Shown: in pieces, positions 30,269 through 39,932 of the stretch
How positions within the stretch are numbered: position 1 is the first letter of the stretch
How the letters are laid out: each line of letters starts with the position of its first letter
Virus record (IMG/VR): IMGVR_UViG_3300028837_000933
Coordinates: 32,001-96,000 of that record
Reading direction: 5' to 3' (one strand)
Length of the DNA: 64,000 nucleotides
From: a virus
Translations under genes and position numbers: made by a program
The notes under the pieces: generated by a model
What the model saw: only the letters and a program-made list of their open reading frames with translations
Databases searched by the model: none
What the model was told of the DNA's origin: nothing

Positions 30269-30697
30269 CTACGTGATAGGCATGGCGTAGATGTAGACGC
30301 GGCCAGCGCCTACGTCATCGCCCGTGTCGTTATCAACGGGCGTAAGGGTCAGGACATCGCCAACATCGACATCCGCATAGGCATCATCGATAGTTCCGGC
30401 TGACACGAGCACATTGTCAGCGCCTGACCAGTCAAACGCATCGGTGATGGCGTTCGCGCCGTTTTTGAGCTGCAACGTATCGGACAGCTCTCCAGCCCCT
30501 CCGGTGTGGATGGCATCGACGCGGAAGATCCGACACTTGAACGCACAAGTCAGGGTCACATCGGCAGCAGCGCCCGATGCTACCTCCATATAGAAGCATA
30601 GCGGCAACTGGCCATCGCCTCTGGCCCCTGACGCCTTTCTTTCTACCTCGCCGGTTTTTGAACCCGCTGGAACATGGACGTGTTTCTTTCGAGCCAT
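30269..30697 (-). CDS. Putative capsid decoration protein (paralog 2)
   Basis: Near-identical to 30758..31189; lies downstream of the capsid gene. Confidence 0.6.
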   Translation of the reverse strand: MARKKHVHVPAGSKTGEVERKASGARGDGQLPLCFYMEVASGAAADVTLTCAFKCRIFRVDAIHTGGAGELSDTLQLKNGANAITDAFDWSGADNVLVSAGTIDDAYADVDVGDVLTLTPVDNDTGDDVGAGRVYIYAMPIT

Positions 30698-30757
30698 TAC
30701 ATCTACCTCCTTAGCCTCAAGACAGCTAGACTACCTCACGCCTCATACAAGCGATGC

Positions 30758-31189
30758 TTACGTGAGCGGCATGGCGTAGATGTAGACGCGACCGGCTCCC
30801 AGATCGCTGCCTGTGTCAAAGTCCACCGGGACTAGGGTCAGAACATCACCCACATCGACATCCGCATAGGCGTCATCGATGGTCCCAGCTGACACAACAA
30901 CGTTGTCGGCTCCCGACCAGTCCATGTCATCCGTGATGGCGTTGGTATCGCCGTTCTGGAGTGTCAGGGTATCGGAAGCCTCGCCGGCGCCGCCAGTATG
31001 GATGGCATCGACACGGAACACGCGGGCCTTGAACCGGGAAGTCAGGGTCACATTGGCAGCAACGCCCGCTGCCACCTCCATATAGAAGACGAGGGGAAGC
31101 TGCCCATCGCCCCTGGCCCCCGCGGCCTTTGCTACAACCTCGCCGGTTTTGGAACCGGCTGGTACGTGAACGTGTTTTGTACGAGCCAT
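30758..31189 (-). CDS. Putative capsid decoration protein (paralog 1)
   Basis: GGAGG SD; MAR.KHVHVPAGSKTGEV shared with the paralog. Confidence 0.6.
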   Translation of the reverse strand: MARTKHVHVPAGSKTGEVVAKAAGARGDGQLPLVFYMEVAAGVAANVTLTSRFKARVFRVDAIHTGGAGEASDTLTLQNGDTNAITDDMDWSGADNVVVSAGTIDDAYADVDVGDVLTLVPVDFDTGSDLGAGRVYIYAMPLT

Positions 31190-31478
31190 TGCAATTGCCT
31201 CCTGGTCTCATAAAAGCCGGGAAGGGACGGACGCAGATTTGGGGGGGTGATGTGCCCGTTGGTTAGGCGGGCGGTGAGCGATCACCCCAACAAACTTTCG
31301 TTCGTGGGAATAGGAGTTTGACACATGCCCGATAGAGATCCACTAGACCCGGTTCCTCTATCGGCCACCACTGGCTGCTGGAGAACCGAATCCGTACAGG
31401 TCATGCAGGAGACTCCAGCGAGCCAGTGCGGCTATGGGTTTGTATGCCATCCATCCCTATCCCGGCAACGGTCCGTCA

Positions 31479-34253
31479 CTAGGACAGCACCACGTGGGCA
31501 GCCTTCTCCGGAACCGGGGAATCCGATCCGTTGAACTCTTCCACGTAGTACTGCTCCGCGGCCACCAGCTTCGCATTGGCTGTCGTCCCGTAGGGGCCGA
31601 ACAGCTGCCAGGGCTGCAAGACTCGGTGATGCACGATTTCGCGGTTGCCAACCACGGCATACCCATCGCGCATCTCGGTGGACTGAATGAGCGGCAGGCC
31701 CTTGATCCTGCCGATGAAGCCGTTGGCGTTGAGCATCGCATCGGCGCGAGTGCCAGCGGCGGTGAAGTTGTCCCAGTTGGACGCGACTTCGGCCTGGGTG
31801 GCGGACATGAGGATGAAGGTGGGGTCGTAGTAGCGGTTGATGATGCGGACCTTGGCTGTCCCCAGCCGTTCGATCAGGACATCGATGGTCTCGCTCGAGG
31901 AATCCCAGGCAAGGCCGGCGTTCGCGGGCACCTGGAGGGCGGCCGCGATGGCCATGTCGATCAGTTGCGCGTCGACGTACCTCTGGCACCGGCGGGTCAT
32001 CATGGCGATGGTGCGGGCGGTGGCGTCATAGCCGAGCGCGGCGCGGGACAGAACCACGGCCTCGCGGCTGATCTGCATGGCCAGCCTGTCGGCAGCCATG
32101 GAGAGCAGCACGAAGTCGAGCGTCCCCTTGCCTCGTTCGATCTCGCCAAGCTCACCCTTGCGGATGGCCCGGTAGGAGTAGTCCAGGTCCAGGTCGGTCG
32201 AATCCCCAATGGTGCCGCCATTGGCCGCGGTGATGGTCCAGAGCTTGCCGTTCCGGGCATCCACCACGTAGTCATCGCCCTCGACGAACGGCGTGCCGCC
32301 GCCGCCAGGCTCGAGAACCCACGTCCCAGGCACAATCGCCTGATTCGCGAGGTCAAACCAGTCGCCCTCGGCCGATGTGACAGTCTCATCGGTGACGGCA
32401 ACGGTTTCACCCGTCTCGCCGGCATACGCCTCGTAGTAGACCCGCGTGTCGGCATCGCTGGTCATCTGGACATCGAAGATGCTCGTTGCAACGAGATCGG
32501 GAACCGCCTCGGCAACGATGGCTCGCATCACGGTGTAGGGAAGGTTGAGGTCGGAAACCTGCTCAGCCTCCTCGAAGAGCCGCGCCTCCTGCACCAGATG
32601 GTGCTTGTAGCGCTGGTCGAAGGCCGCCATGTACTGCTGGGCGAAGCGGCTATTGAGCGGGTTGCTCGCGTCTTCCTTGCTGCGATCCTCGAAGTAGCCG
32701 TGCCTCACGCACGACTCGACAAGCAGCATGGCGGGCTTGGTGAACGCCGGGGCACCGGTCACGCCCTCGATCACGGGACCAAGGACCTCGATCACGGTGG
32801 GATCGCCCATCGCTTGTCGCTTCAGCTGGGACAGCATCTGGTCCGCAAAGGATCTGCGGGCCTTGATGAGTGTCTTGGCTTCGTCGATGCTCTTGGGCTC
32901 GCCGGCCATGACCTCTTCCTGGACCTGCGTCCGCACCCACTCGGGGTAGTTGGCGATGCCCTTGATCTCGCTCTCCACGTACTCCGCCACCTCTCGGGCA
33001 GATGACTCGGTCTCCAGCTGGGCCAGCCTCTCGGCCTGCTCCTGGAGCGCGTTTTCCAGGGAATCGGTCTCTCCCAGATCCAGCTGCTTGCGCAGGGAAG
33101 CCTGGGCTTCATCGATGATTCGCTGGCGATCCGCCTGCTCTTCCTCGATCTCGCGCTCGGCTTCCATGCGGGCAAGCTCGCGCTCGCGGTCGCTCTGGGC
33201 CACAATCGACTCGACCAAGTCGGGTCGCTGGGCCGCGATCTCGGCCGTGGTCAGTTCGGTGACGGGCACCGCGCCTTCCGGGGCCTCTGGTTCTTTCGGT
33301 GTCTGTTCCTGGCCTTTCTTCGGTGGCATAGCTGCAATTCCCTCCTCTTGGGATGTCTGACTTTCTGCGTAAGTGACAGCCGCCTGGGTGTCACTCGGTT
33401 CCAGTACGAGATCGTAACCGGTGATGATGAGTGCCTCCACCACCTCGATAACTTCTCCGCTTTTCTGCTCTTCGCTGACGGAGGTGCCGTATCCGCGCTG
33501 GCTGATGCCAGGTTTCACGCCACCTTTCATCTGGGCACGGAGATCGTGCCCGGCCTGCGTCCCCAGCAGCTTGCCCTCAACGGTCACCTGCTTCCCATCG
33601 AACAAGCACTCTTCCCAGTTGACCACCACCTCATTGAGAAATGGTCGCCTCGTGGGCTTCATGCTCGGATGCTCGACTTCGCCAAGCAACTGCTGAACGC
33701 GGCCCTGTCCCGCGCTTTCTCCCAGATGATCTTGGACTATAGCGACCGCCTCGGCCAAAATCCTACGCTTGTACAGCGTACCGTTGCTGGTCACTTTGTC
33801 GGCTGTGATGCCGATGCCACGAATCGCCCAGGGGCCGTCTGGACTGGCCCCATCACTCTCCACGAGTTCGACCGTACCCGATAGTTCGGCAAACCGCGTG
33901 GCCTGGTCCTTCTCTTCACGGAGCAGCCTCTCCGCCAGAGGTCGGGCCTTGTAGGCCAGTTCGACTACTTCCCAATCCTCTGTTTCAACAAAGACAAAGG
34001 TGTCATCTTCCGCCTCAAAACCCACCTTCCAAAATGACTCGATGGGTAGGCAACGGCAGAAGACGATGACGTAATCCTCGAAGACTTCGTGGACCCATCG
34101 CCCCCAGTCCTGGTTCAGCCACTCCTCGAACTGGACACGGAAAGCTCGCTCCACACTTCTCAGCGTGTGATTCAGTGATCCTCGCACCTCGGAGATTTCT
34201 TTGCCCCGAGCGATCTTCCGCACTTCCATTTGCTCGCTGTTTGGGTCTGGCAT
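31479..34253 (-). CDS. Prohead protease-scaffold-major capsid fusion protein
   Basis: Protease motifs GEVEHP, GISQRGYG and YDLVLEPS, then a coiled-coil middle, then a capsid-like C-terminal half. Confidence 0.8.
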   Translation of the reverse strand: MPDPNSEQMEVRKIARGKEISEVRGSLNHTLRSVERAFRVQFEEWLNQDWGRWVHEVFEDYVIVFCRCLPIESFWKVGFEAEDDTFVFVETEDWEVVELAYKARPLAERLLREEKDQATRFAELSGTVELVESDGASPDGPWAIRGIGITADKVTSNGTLYKRRILAEAVAIVQDHLGESAGQGRVQQLLGEVEHPSMKPTRRPFLNEVVVNWEECLFDGKQVTVEGKLLGTQAGHDLRAQMKGGVKPGISQRGYGTSVSEEQKSGEVIEVVEALIITGYDLVLEPSDTQAAVTYAESQTSQEEGIAAMPPKKGQEQTPKEPEAPEGAVPVTELTTAEIAAQRPDLVESIVAQSDRERELARMEAEREIEEEQADRQRIIDEAQASLRKQLDLGETDSLENALQEQAERLAQLETESSAREVAEYVESEIKGIANYPEWVRTQVQEEVMAGEPKSIDEAKTLIKARRSFADQMLSQLKRQAMGDPTVIEVLGPVIEGVTGAPAFTKPAMLLVESCVRHGYFEDRSKEDASNPLNSRFAQQYMAAFDQRYKHHLVQEARLFEEAEQVSDLNLPYTVMRAIVAEAVPDLVATSIFDVQMTSDADTRVYYEAYAGETGETVAVTDETVTSAEGDWFDLANQAIVPGTWVLEPGGGGTPFVEGDDYVVDARNGKLWTITAANGGTIGDSTDLDLDYSYRAIRKGELGEIERGKGTLDFVLLSMAADRLAMQISREAVVLSRAALGYDATARTIAMMTRRCQRYVDAQLIDMAIAAALQVPANAGLAWDSSSETIDVLIERLGTAKVRIINRYYDPTFILMSATQAEVASNWDNFTAAGTRADAMLNANGFIGRIKGLPLIQSTEMRDGYAVVGNREIVHHRVLQPWQLFGPYGTTANAKLVAAEQYYVEEFNGSDSPVPEKAAHVVLS

Positions 34254-34265
34254 ACATCTGCCTCC

Positions 34266-34457
34266 TTATCGGCGCCTGCGGGATCGTTTTGCCCGCTTCC
34301 GGCGCTTCCTGCGTCGCCTCGATGAGTGCGAGCCAACGTTTATATTGAGAGCCGTGTGGTGCTTCTTGGCCTTCGTGACGGATGGGTGGCACTTCAGCGT
34401 CCGCCACTTCCCGCCTTTCTTGACCTTGACGCACTTGCCGACTCTACGATACGGCAT
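34266..34457 (-). CDS. Small Arg/Lys-rich (protamine-like) protein
   Basis: MPYRRVGKCVKVKKGGKW...RRRRKRRKRAKRSRRRR; abuts the capsid gene SD. Confidence 0.6.
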   Translation of the reverse strand: MPYRRVGKCVKVKKGGKWRTLKCHPSVTKAKKHHTALNINVGSHSSRRRRKRRKRAKRSRRRR

Positions 34458-34469
34458 CAGCCTTGGTTC

Positions 34470-34759
34470 TCTGCGCTTCCTATAGGAACGGCAGGGGGAT
34501 TGTACTCGAACGGCGCGTGCCCGCCCAACCAGCATAGGTTGAGCAGCCACGGATGGCCGTTCACGAAAACAGCAGCGGGGCTGGCCATCTCCCCCCGCGG
34601 TTTGGGAACAGACTGACGACCAGCCCCTTTGATTGGGGTATCCTCGGTTTGGGGCGGGTAGCCACAAATCGCGTCCTGCACGATAGTCCCCTCTCCATCC
34701 TTCCAGGATGGCAACACGGTGCTCTGCTACAACGTGACTCTAGTGGCTCCCGCGTGAAC
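34470..34759 (-). ncRNA. Candidate structured RNA/leader of the capsid operon
   Basis: Begins right after the promoter; stems 34654-34665/34743-34753, 34577-34586/34618-34627 and 34559-34565/34753-34759. Confidence 0.35.
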
Positions 34760-34788
34760 AGTATACCACATCTCGTATAGGGAGTCAA
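34760..34788 (-). promoter_or_regulatory. Sigma70-type promoter for the capsid operon
   Basis: TTGACT-17-TATACT with extended -10 TG. Confidence 0.75.
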
Positions 34789-34849
34789 GTCACGGTATAC
34801 CGAAACTTATACTGCCATGGTTGAAAACTCCATTTTCAACCAAATCGGT

Positions 34850-35272
34850 TCAGTACTCCAGCTGATTCTCTACGGACCGCAAGCGTGCTTGCAAATCGGC
34901 CACCTGTTGTTCCAGTGCCTTGCAGCGCAAGGCCAGCTGCTCAGGCGTCTCTTCGGGCGTGACTGGCCACTCGGCGGGCACCGTCCATTTCCACTCGCTG
35001 CCATCATCGCACCAGACCGTTTCGCCGCACTCGCAGTAGTCGCCCGGCATCGCCCGCTGGAAGTAGTGGATGCCATTCTGGCACATGGGCGTGCAATTCA
35101 TGCCGGTCGAATCCCCTGTGTTGAAATCGGTGCGCTCGCGGTATTCTGGCCCGTCAAAGACATACTGGACGTGCTCATCGGCCGTCACGACTGGCTGCCA
35201 GGGCCAGGATGGCCACCTTCTAGGATCTTTCACGAGCTTATCAGCCCAATCATCCGACCACGTTACGCTCAT
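34850..35272 (-). CDS. Hypothetical protein
   Basis: ATGA overlap with the upstream stop; Cys/His cluster; coiled-coil end. Confidence 0.55.
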   Translation of the reverse strand: MSVTWSDDWADKLVKDPRRWPSWPWQPVVTADEHVQYVFDGPEYRERTDFNTGDSTGMNCTPMCQNGIHYFQRAMPGDYCECGETVWCDDGSEWKWTVPAEWPVTPEETPEQLALRCKALEQQVADLQARLRSVENQLEY

Positions 35273-35664
35273 CGCCTTCGGGTCCAACCCCCTCGTAGAT
35301 ACAGCGCGACTGTCCCAACTGAACACGAACGCGGCAAGCACTGCACCCAAATGTACGGTGTGACGTAGATCCCGGTTAGCTGGCCAGTGTACCAGAACGT
35401 TTTCGACCTCTTACCCAAGAACAGCCATATCGGTAGGCCGTGAATCCAATACTTTCGATACTTGCGGTAGGTGACGCGGACTCTAGGCCCCAGCAGCGGA
35501 CGAACCGTAATCTTGACCTTCTCCGCACCACGGCGCACGACCGCGACTTGTCCTCTGCGGATGGTGCCGGCGCGATTCCACCCCGGTTTGTACGCGGCCA
35601 CGTCTGCGGGGACCGTGGCCGCCAGCAAAACGAGCAACGCCAGTACAGCAATGACTTTCTTCAT
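35269..35664 (-). CDS. Secreted/basic hypothetical protein
   Basis: Signal-peptide-like start MKKVIAVLALLVLLAATVPA. Confidence 0.6.
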   Translation of the reverse strand: MKKVIAVLALLVLLAATVPADVAAYKPGWNRAGTIRRGQVAVVRRGAEKVKITVRPLLGPRVRVTYRKYRKYWIHGLPIWLFLGKRSKTFWYTGQLTGIYVTPYIWVQCLPRSCSVGTVALYLRGGWTRRR

Positions 35665-35667
35665 CGT

Positions 35668-36087
35668 TCACTCTCCTGCGAAGGCTGCCCTAGACAACTT
35701 GGCCGCACTCACCCGCGCCTGTTCCGCTCCCATCGACGCGCGTTGTGCCAGCCTAGTGAGATCCGCGGCTTGCTCCTCCCACGCTTCTGCGAGCTGCATC
35801 AAGATGTGCGCGGCGTCTGCGGCCTCGCTCACTACGCCCCACTCGACTTCGCCGCAAATGCACTTCTGTCCTCGGAATGGCTCGCTCACCGCCCACAGGT
35901 GCAAGTTCTGCTCCTTACGGCAGAGCATCTGGCCTTCTTGGTTCTCTTCCCACCGGACGGTATCATCAGTACTCCCATACTCTCCAGGTTCGAGCGGCGG
36001 CGGCCAGCCCAGTTCCACCTCAAAGGCTTGTGCGGCCTCGTGGAAAGACATGGTCATCGTGTCTGTTTCCTGACCCTCGTCCTGCAT
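35668..36087 (-). CDS. Hypothetical protein
   Basis: GGAGGT SD; tightly packed after the terminase gene. Confidence 0.6.
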   Translation of the reverse strand: MQDEGQETDTMTMSFHEAAQAFEVELGWPPPLEPGEYGSTDDTVRWEENQEGQMLCRKEQNLHLWAVSEPFRGQKCICGEVEWGVVSEAADAAHILMQLAEAWEEQAADLTRLAQRASMGAEQARVSAAKLSRAAFAGE

Positions 36088-36096
36088 TGTACCTCC

Positions 36097-37932
36097 CTAT
36101 CGCATCATGGCTTCCATTTGCCAACGGGGTACAGCCTGGCTGCTGATCCGAGCCACTCGCGGGGCCTCTTCGGCGGCTCTCTGATAGCCTTCGGCATGGG
36201 CGTAGTGGTCGGCGGCGGTGCCCACGTAGACGGCCAGTTGGGTGTGTTGGCGCTCCTCAACGACCCGCACCATGTGGCAAATCTGGTCATAGTAGCCCGG
36301 CACATCGCGCATGTGGGCCGGCAGCGTGTGGCTCTTGGTATAGAAGCCCTCATACATGCGGTCAAGCCCGCGGGTGCGATCTATGTTGATCTCGCCCTGC
36401 TCGGGCCGCCACAGGTACATATCCGGGCGCCGACTGGACGCCGGGCTGCTGCTGTAGTAGGCCAGCCACACAAGCCCCGGTTCAAACTTGGCTTGAAGCT
36501 CTCTGGCCTTCTTGGTCTCGGGCATGGCGTCCACGACCACGCGCTTACAGTTCCAGCGTATGATCTCCGCTGCTATGGCCTCGAAGCTGTCCACAACGCC
36601 GGCCATCCGGAGCGGTTTTTCTCCGGTGAGGTAGTCCTTGGGGCCGCGCACCACGAAATGGAGCACGTTCCCCACGTCAACGCCCATGGTGGTCTCTTCG
36701 GTCGGCATCACACCAAAGGCGTAATCGCGGCGCAATAGATCCAGGAGTTGATTCGTCATCCTACCGCCTCTCGGCTGGTAGGGAAGGCCCAAGTCCTGAT
36801 TGACACACTCTTTGCGTTGGGTCTCGTTGATGACCCGCAAGCGCTCGATGATCTCGAGAGGGTCCTGGCGGGCACTGTACAGTTTGGTGAGGTGGTAGCC
36901 GTGGCGCTTGATGTGGGGAAACTCAGCTATCCACTCGCCCGGCCCCAGCCTGTCCATCACACCATCACACTTCTGACAATGGGCAACGGCCTTGTCCTCG
37001 TCCATCCCATTCCAGATAATCGGGCGCTCGAGCGCATCGTACTCGACAACGAAGTGGTCCAGTGTGAGGTACTGGCGTTTGCCACAGTGGTCACAGCGGA
37101 TAAACCAGTACATCTGATTGGTGAGCACCCATAGTTGCTCGATCCCCATGCCGGGGTACGTGGGCGTGCTCACGGCTCGCATCTCGCCCAGCGAGTCGGC
37201 CCCCAGCCGTTTCTCGGCAATGGGGATGGCCCGCTGGTCCATCTCATCAACCTCGTCCAAGAGCACGACGTCGGCGTCCACCGACTTCAATTGCGGAGCC
37301 CCGCCATCCTTTTTCACGCGGGCACCGCGCAAGTACCAGAAACGGTCTCCCACCCTTTTCAGGGTAACGCGGTCTGCTGCTTTTCGACGCGCGGCCTCGG
37401 AAGATGTCTGATCTCCTCCGGAGACGATCAGCCGCTGAAGGTAGGGTGAAGCCTCGATAGCCGGACCGATGCGGGCAACGCTGAAATCCGAAACGTGGGT
37501 GTCGGTGGGGAACACGTACAGGACGGTCGCTTTCCGGACATCGCACGCGTGCATGGCATAGCTGATGAGAAGCTCGCTGGCTCCCATCTGGGCGGCTTTG
37601 CGCACAGTCATGTGTTCGGACGTGTCGCCGTACAGGGCCACCAGATAGGGGTGTTTCACAAAGTCCAGCGGGCGGTCCGGGATGAGGAACTGGCGATGGC
37701 GCATGGTCCAGGCAAGCAGCCCCAGCGGCGCCTCGTCTATCGCCTCTCCCGCCCTGGTGCTGATCTGCCCTTGCCGTCTCTGCAATTGCTGGGCCAGCGC
37801 GGCAGCCAGCCGAATCTTATCGAGTCGGTTTGCAGCGCCCTCGCCTGGCGTTGGATGCCCCGTGCCGAGCAGTTCTTCGAGCCCTGACCCGGCCGCAGGC
37901 GCGGCTCCCAGTAGTTCGCGAATCTCGCTCAT
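36097..37932 (-). CDS. Terminase large subunit (lambda gpA-like)
   Basis: Walker A KAAQMGASE, Walker B LLDEVD, STPT, CxxC...CxxC zinc motif, nuclease motifs MGVDVG and DHYAHA. Confidence 0.9.
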   Translation of the reverse strand: MSEIRELLGAAPAAGSGLEELLGTGHPTPGEGAANRLDKIRLAAALAQQLQRRQGQISTRAGEAIDEAPLGLLAWTMRHRQFLIPDRPLDFVKHPYLVALYGDTSEHMTVRKAAQMGASELLISYAMHACDVRKATVLYVFPTDTHVSDFSVARIGPAIEASPYLQRLIVSGGDQTSSEAARRKAADRVTLKRVGDRFWYLRGARVKKDGGAPQLKSVDADVVLLDEVDEMDQRAIPIAEKRLGADSLGEMRAVSTPTYPGMGIEQLWVLTNQMYWFIRCDHCGKRQYLTLDHFVVEYDALERPIIWNGMDEDKAVAHCQKCDGVMDRLGPGEWIAEFPHIKRHGYHLTKLYSARQDPLEIIERLRVINETQRKECVNQDLGLPYQPRGGRMTNQLLDLLRRDYAFGVMPTEETTMGVDVGNVLHFVVRGPKDYLTGEKPLRMAGVVDSFEAIAAEIIRWNCKRVVVDAMPETKKARELQAKFEPGLVWLAYYSSSPASSRRPDMYLWRPEQGEINIDRTRGLDRMYEGFYTKSHTLPAHMRDVPGYYDQICHMVRVVEERQHTQLAVYVGTAADHYAHAEGYQRAAEEAPRVARISSQAVPRWQMEAMMR

Positions 37933-38915
37933 TCGGCGGCCTCGGCTGTCTCCACGGCGCTGACTTCCCCTTCCACTACATCGCTGTCCCGGAGATCCGT
38001 CCCCTGGTTTGAGCCATTGTTCCCGGCCATGAGCTGTGCTACGCCTTGGGCGGGATCTACGGCCACCATAAGGTTTCCAATCAGTTGATCAAGCTCGCCC
38101 TCGCTCATCTTGGCGTACTGGGCAGCGGGATCGTTGACGTTGACCTGCTGCTGGGCCAAGATATTGACGTGGGCGCCTCTCAGCTGGATACCCAAGAGGG
38201 CAAGGATCTGTTCCTCGGCCTCCATGACGACCCGTAGGGCCTGCATGTTTTTCGGAGTGGATTTATCGAAAGCCAGCCAGCCCGCTTGCTGTACCGCCCG
38301 GAACTGGGCCACTGACGCGGCCTTGGCCCGATCTATGGTCGGACGCGCCAAGTCCTGCCACAGCACGAAGACGCGGGCGATGTCGCGTTTGGCGGTTCTC
38401 AGCCCACAGTGAATGGCCTGGGCGATCTGGTGCGGTTTCGCCCCTCTCACGATCAAGGCACTGACCAGTTCCAGACGCGCCAGGATGACCGGATCTTTCT
38501 TCCAGTAGCGACTTTGTATGCCCTTCTGCGGTCTCTGAACCAGCCGGCCTTCGGCCTCGGTGAACTGGCGCACGCGGGACAGTACCTCGCCCACGCCGTC
38601 CTCGGCTTGCTGGCCACCGACATCGGCCCACTCTAGGTTCTGGCTTTGCTGTTTCTTTGTCTGCTCAGGGGGATACGCGTCGATCGCAGCCGGCTCCGGG
38701 ACGTACTCGTTCAGTTCAGCGAGCACGTCCTCGGGCTTGAGGTGTTCCACGCCTTCCATCATCTCGCCGTCCTCTTCGTCGATGTCTTCATCGGCAAGTT
38801 CGGCAAGTTCGGAAGGTGTAGCGCCCCAGAGGTTCACTTCCTCGCGCATCCGTTCCAGGGCGTTCCAGGGCTGTTCAACGGTATCTATGGCAGCGATCTC
38901 TTCGTCGGTTTTCAT
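37929..38915 (-). CDS. Putative terminase small subunit
   Basis: HTH-like segment (GAKPHQIAQAIHCGLRTAKRDI); overlaps the large-subunit start. Confidence 0.6.
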   Translation of the reverse strand: MKTDEEIAAIDTVEQPWNALERMREEVNLWGATPSELAELADEDIDEEDGEMMEGVEHLKPEDVLAELNEYVPEPAAIDAYPPEQTKKQQSQNLEWADVGGQQAEDGVGEVLSRVRQFTEAEGRLVQRPQKGIQSRYWKKDPVILARLELVSALIVRGAKPHQIAQAIHCGLRTAKRDIARVFVLWQDLARPTIDRAKAASVAQFRAVQQAGWLAFDKSTPKNMQALRVVMEAEEQILALLGIQLRGAHVNILAQQQVNVNDPAAQYAKMSEGELDQLIGNLMVAVDPAQGVAQLMAGNNGSNQGTDLRDSDVVEGEVSAVETAEAAE

Positions 38916-38948
38916 GTAGTAGGTTCGCTTTCCGGCTCCCTCAAGCGA

Positions 38949-39932
38949 CTAGGTGGGTAGCGCAAGCGGCTCCCTCATCGGCTCATCCACGTCATGTTCT
39001 TCAAGCTCGCCCTTCTCCAGCCGGATCTGGGCTAGGCGCTCCATGGCCAGTCTGGCCATCTCAACCACGGCGGTCGGGATCGAAAAAATCTCACACTCAT
39101 CCCGGACGGTTTGCAGGGCCTTCCGCCAGGAATCGTAAAAGTCACGGTTCGCCATGTACATGCGATCCACATCGACACTCGGTACAATGGCCTCGGCGGC
39201 GGCCACGAAATCATCGTGCTGGGATGAAAGGAACATCAGCAGCACAACGCGGGAATTGCCAAGAAGGTTCACGTCTGGCGGATTGAACTTGACCGGGTCC
39301 GGTATCAGATCGATGATGCGCGGGTCAACGTAGGCCGCAAACTGCTCGGCCACATCGGTGATCGCCCCGAACACCCTGGCCACCAGTTCGGGATCATCCG
39401 AGCCGGCGATAGTGTTGTGGCTCAGCTGCTTGGAGTACATGGCGCTCTTGCTCAAGTCCTCGTAGAGCAGCACAAGCACCACCTTCACGCCAGCCGCCCG
39501 GCCTGCGCGGACGCGGTGGTTCCCGCTGACTATCTCGATCCCCTTATCCGTCCGTACGCACAACGGCACCGACTCCAGACCACCCACGGTGGAGATATTG
39601 TCGACCAGCTGGTCGAACGTTTTCTTGGTCATGGAGCGCGGGTTCACATCCTGTTCGATCAACTCGCTGATGTTCGCCACGAACAGACTCAAATGCTCAG
39701 GGAGCACCATCTTGCTCAATTCCTTGAGCATGGAGTTGATCTGTTCGCGGTCGCCGTGAAGCATCTCGGGGTTGATCACCCCCCGCATGATCGACTCGAA
39801 GCCGTCTACATCCTCGGGGCTTACGCCGGCTGCGTCTGTGGCTTGCGCTTCTTGCGGCCCCTGCGCTTCCTCCCGCGCCTCGACTTCTTCGGTGTCTCCT
39901 GCTTCGGCCTCTGCTTGAACTTCTGATACCAT
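38949..39932 (-). CDS. ParB/Srx-like N-terminal domain protein (start may be 39788)
   Basis: NPRSM, IVSGNHRVRA and HNTIAG motifs. Confidence 0.8.
   Translation of the reverse strand: MVSEVQAEAEAGDTEEVEAREEAQGPQEAQATDAAGVSPEDVDGFESIMRGVINPEMLHGDREQINSMLKELSKMVLPEHLSLFVANISELIEQDVNPRSMTKKTFDQLVDNISTVGGLESVPLCVRTDKGIEIVSGNHRVRAGRAAGVKVVLVLLYEDLSKSAMYSKQLSHNTIAGSDDPELVARVFGAITDVAEQFAAYVDPRIIDLIPDPVKFNPPDVNLLGNSRVVLLMFLSSQHDDFVAAAEAIVPSVDVDRMYMANRDFYDSWRKALQTVRDECEIFSIPTAVVEMARLAMERLAQIRLEKGELEEHDVDEPMREPLALPT

Noticed and set aside
26123-33005. Long plus-strand ORFs (649 aa and 523 aa)
   Set aside because: Antisense shadows of the repeat fibre and capsid genes in GC-rich DNA.
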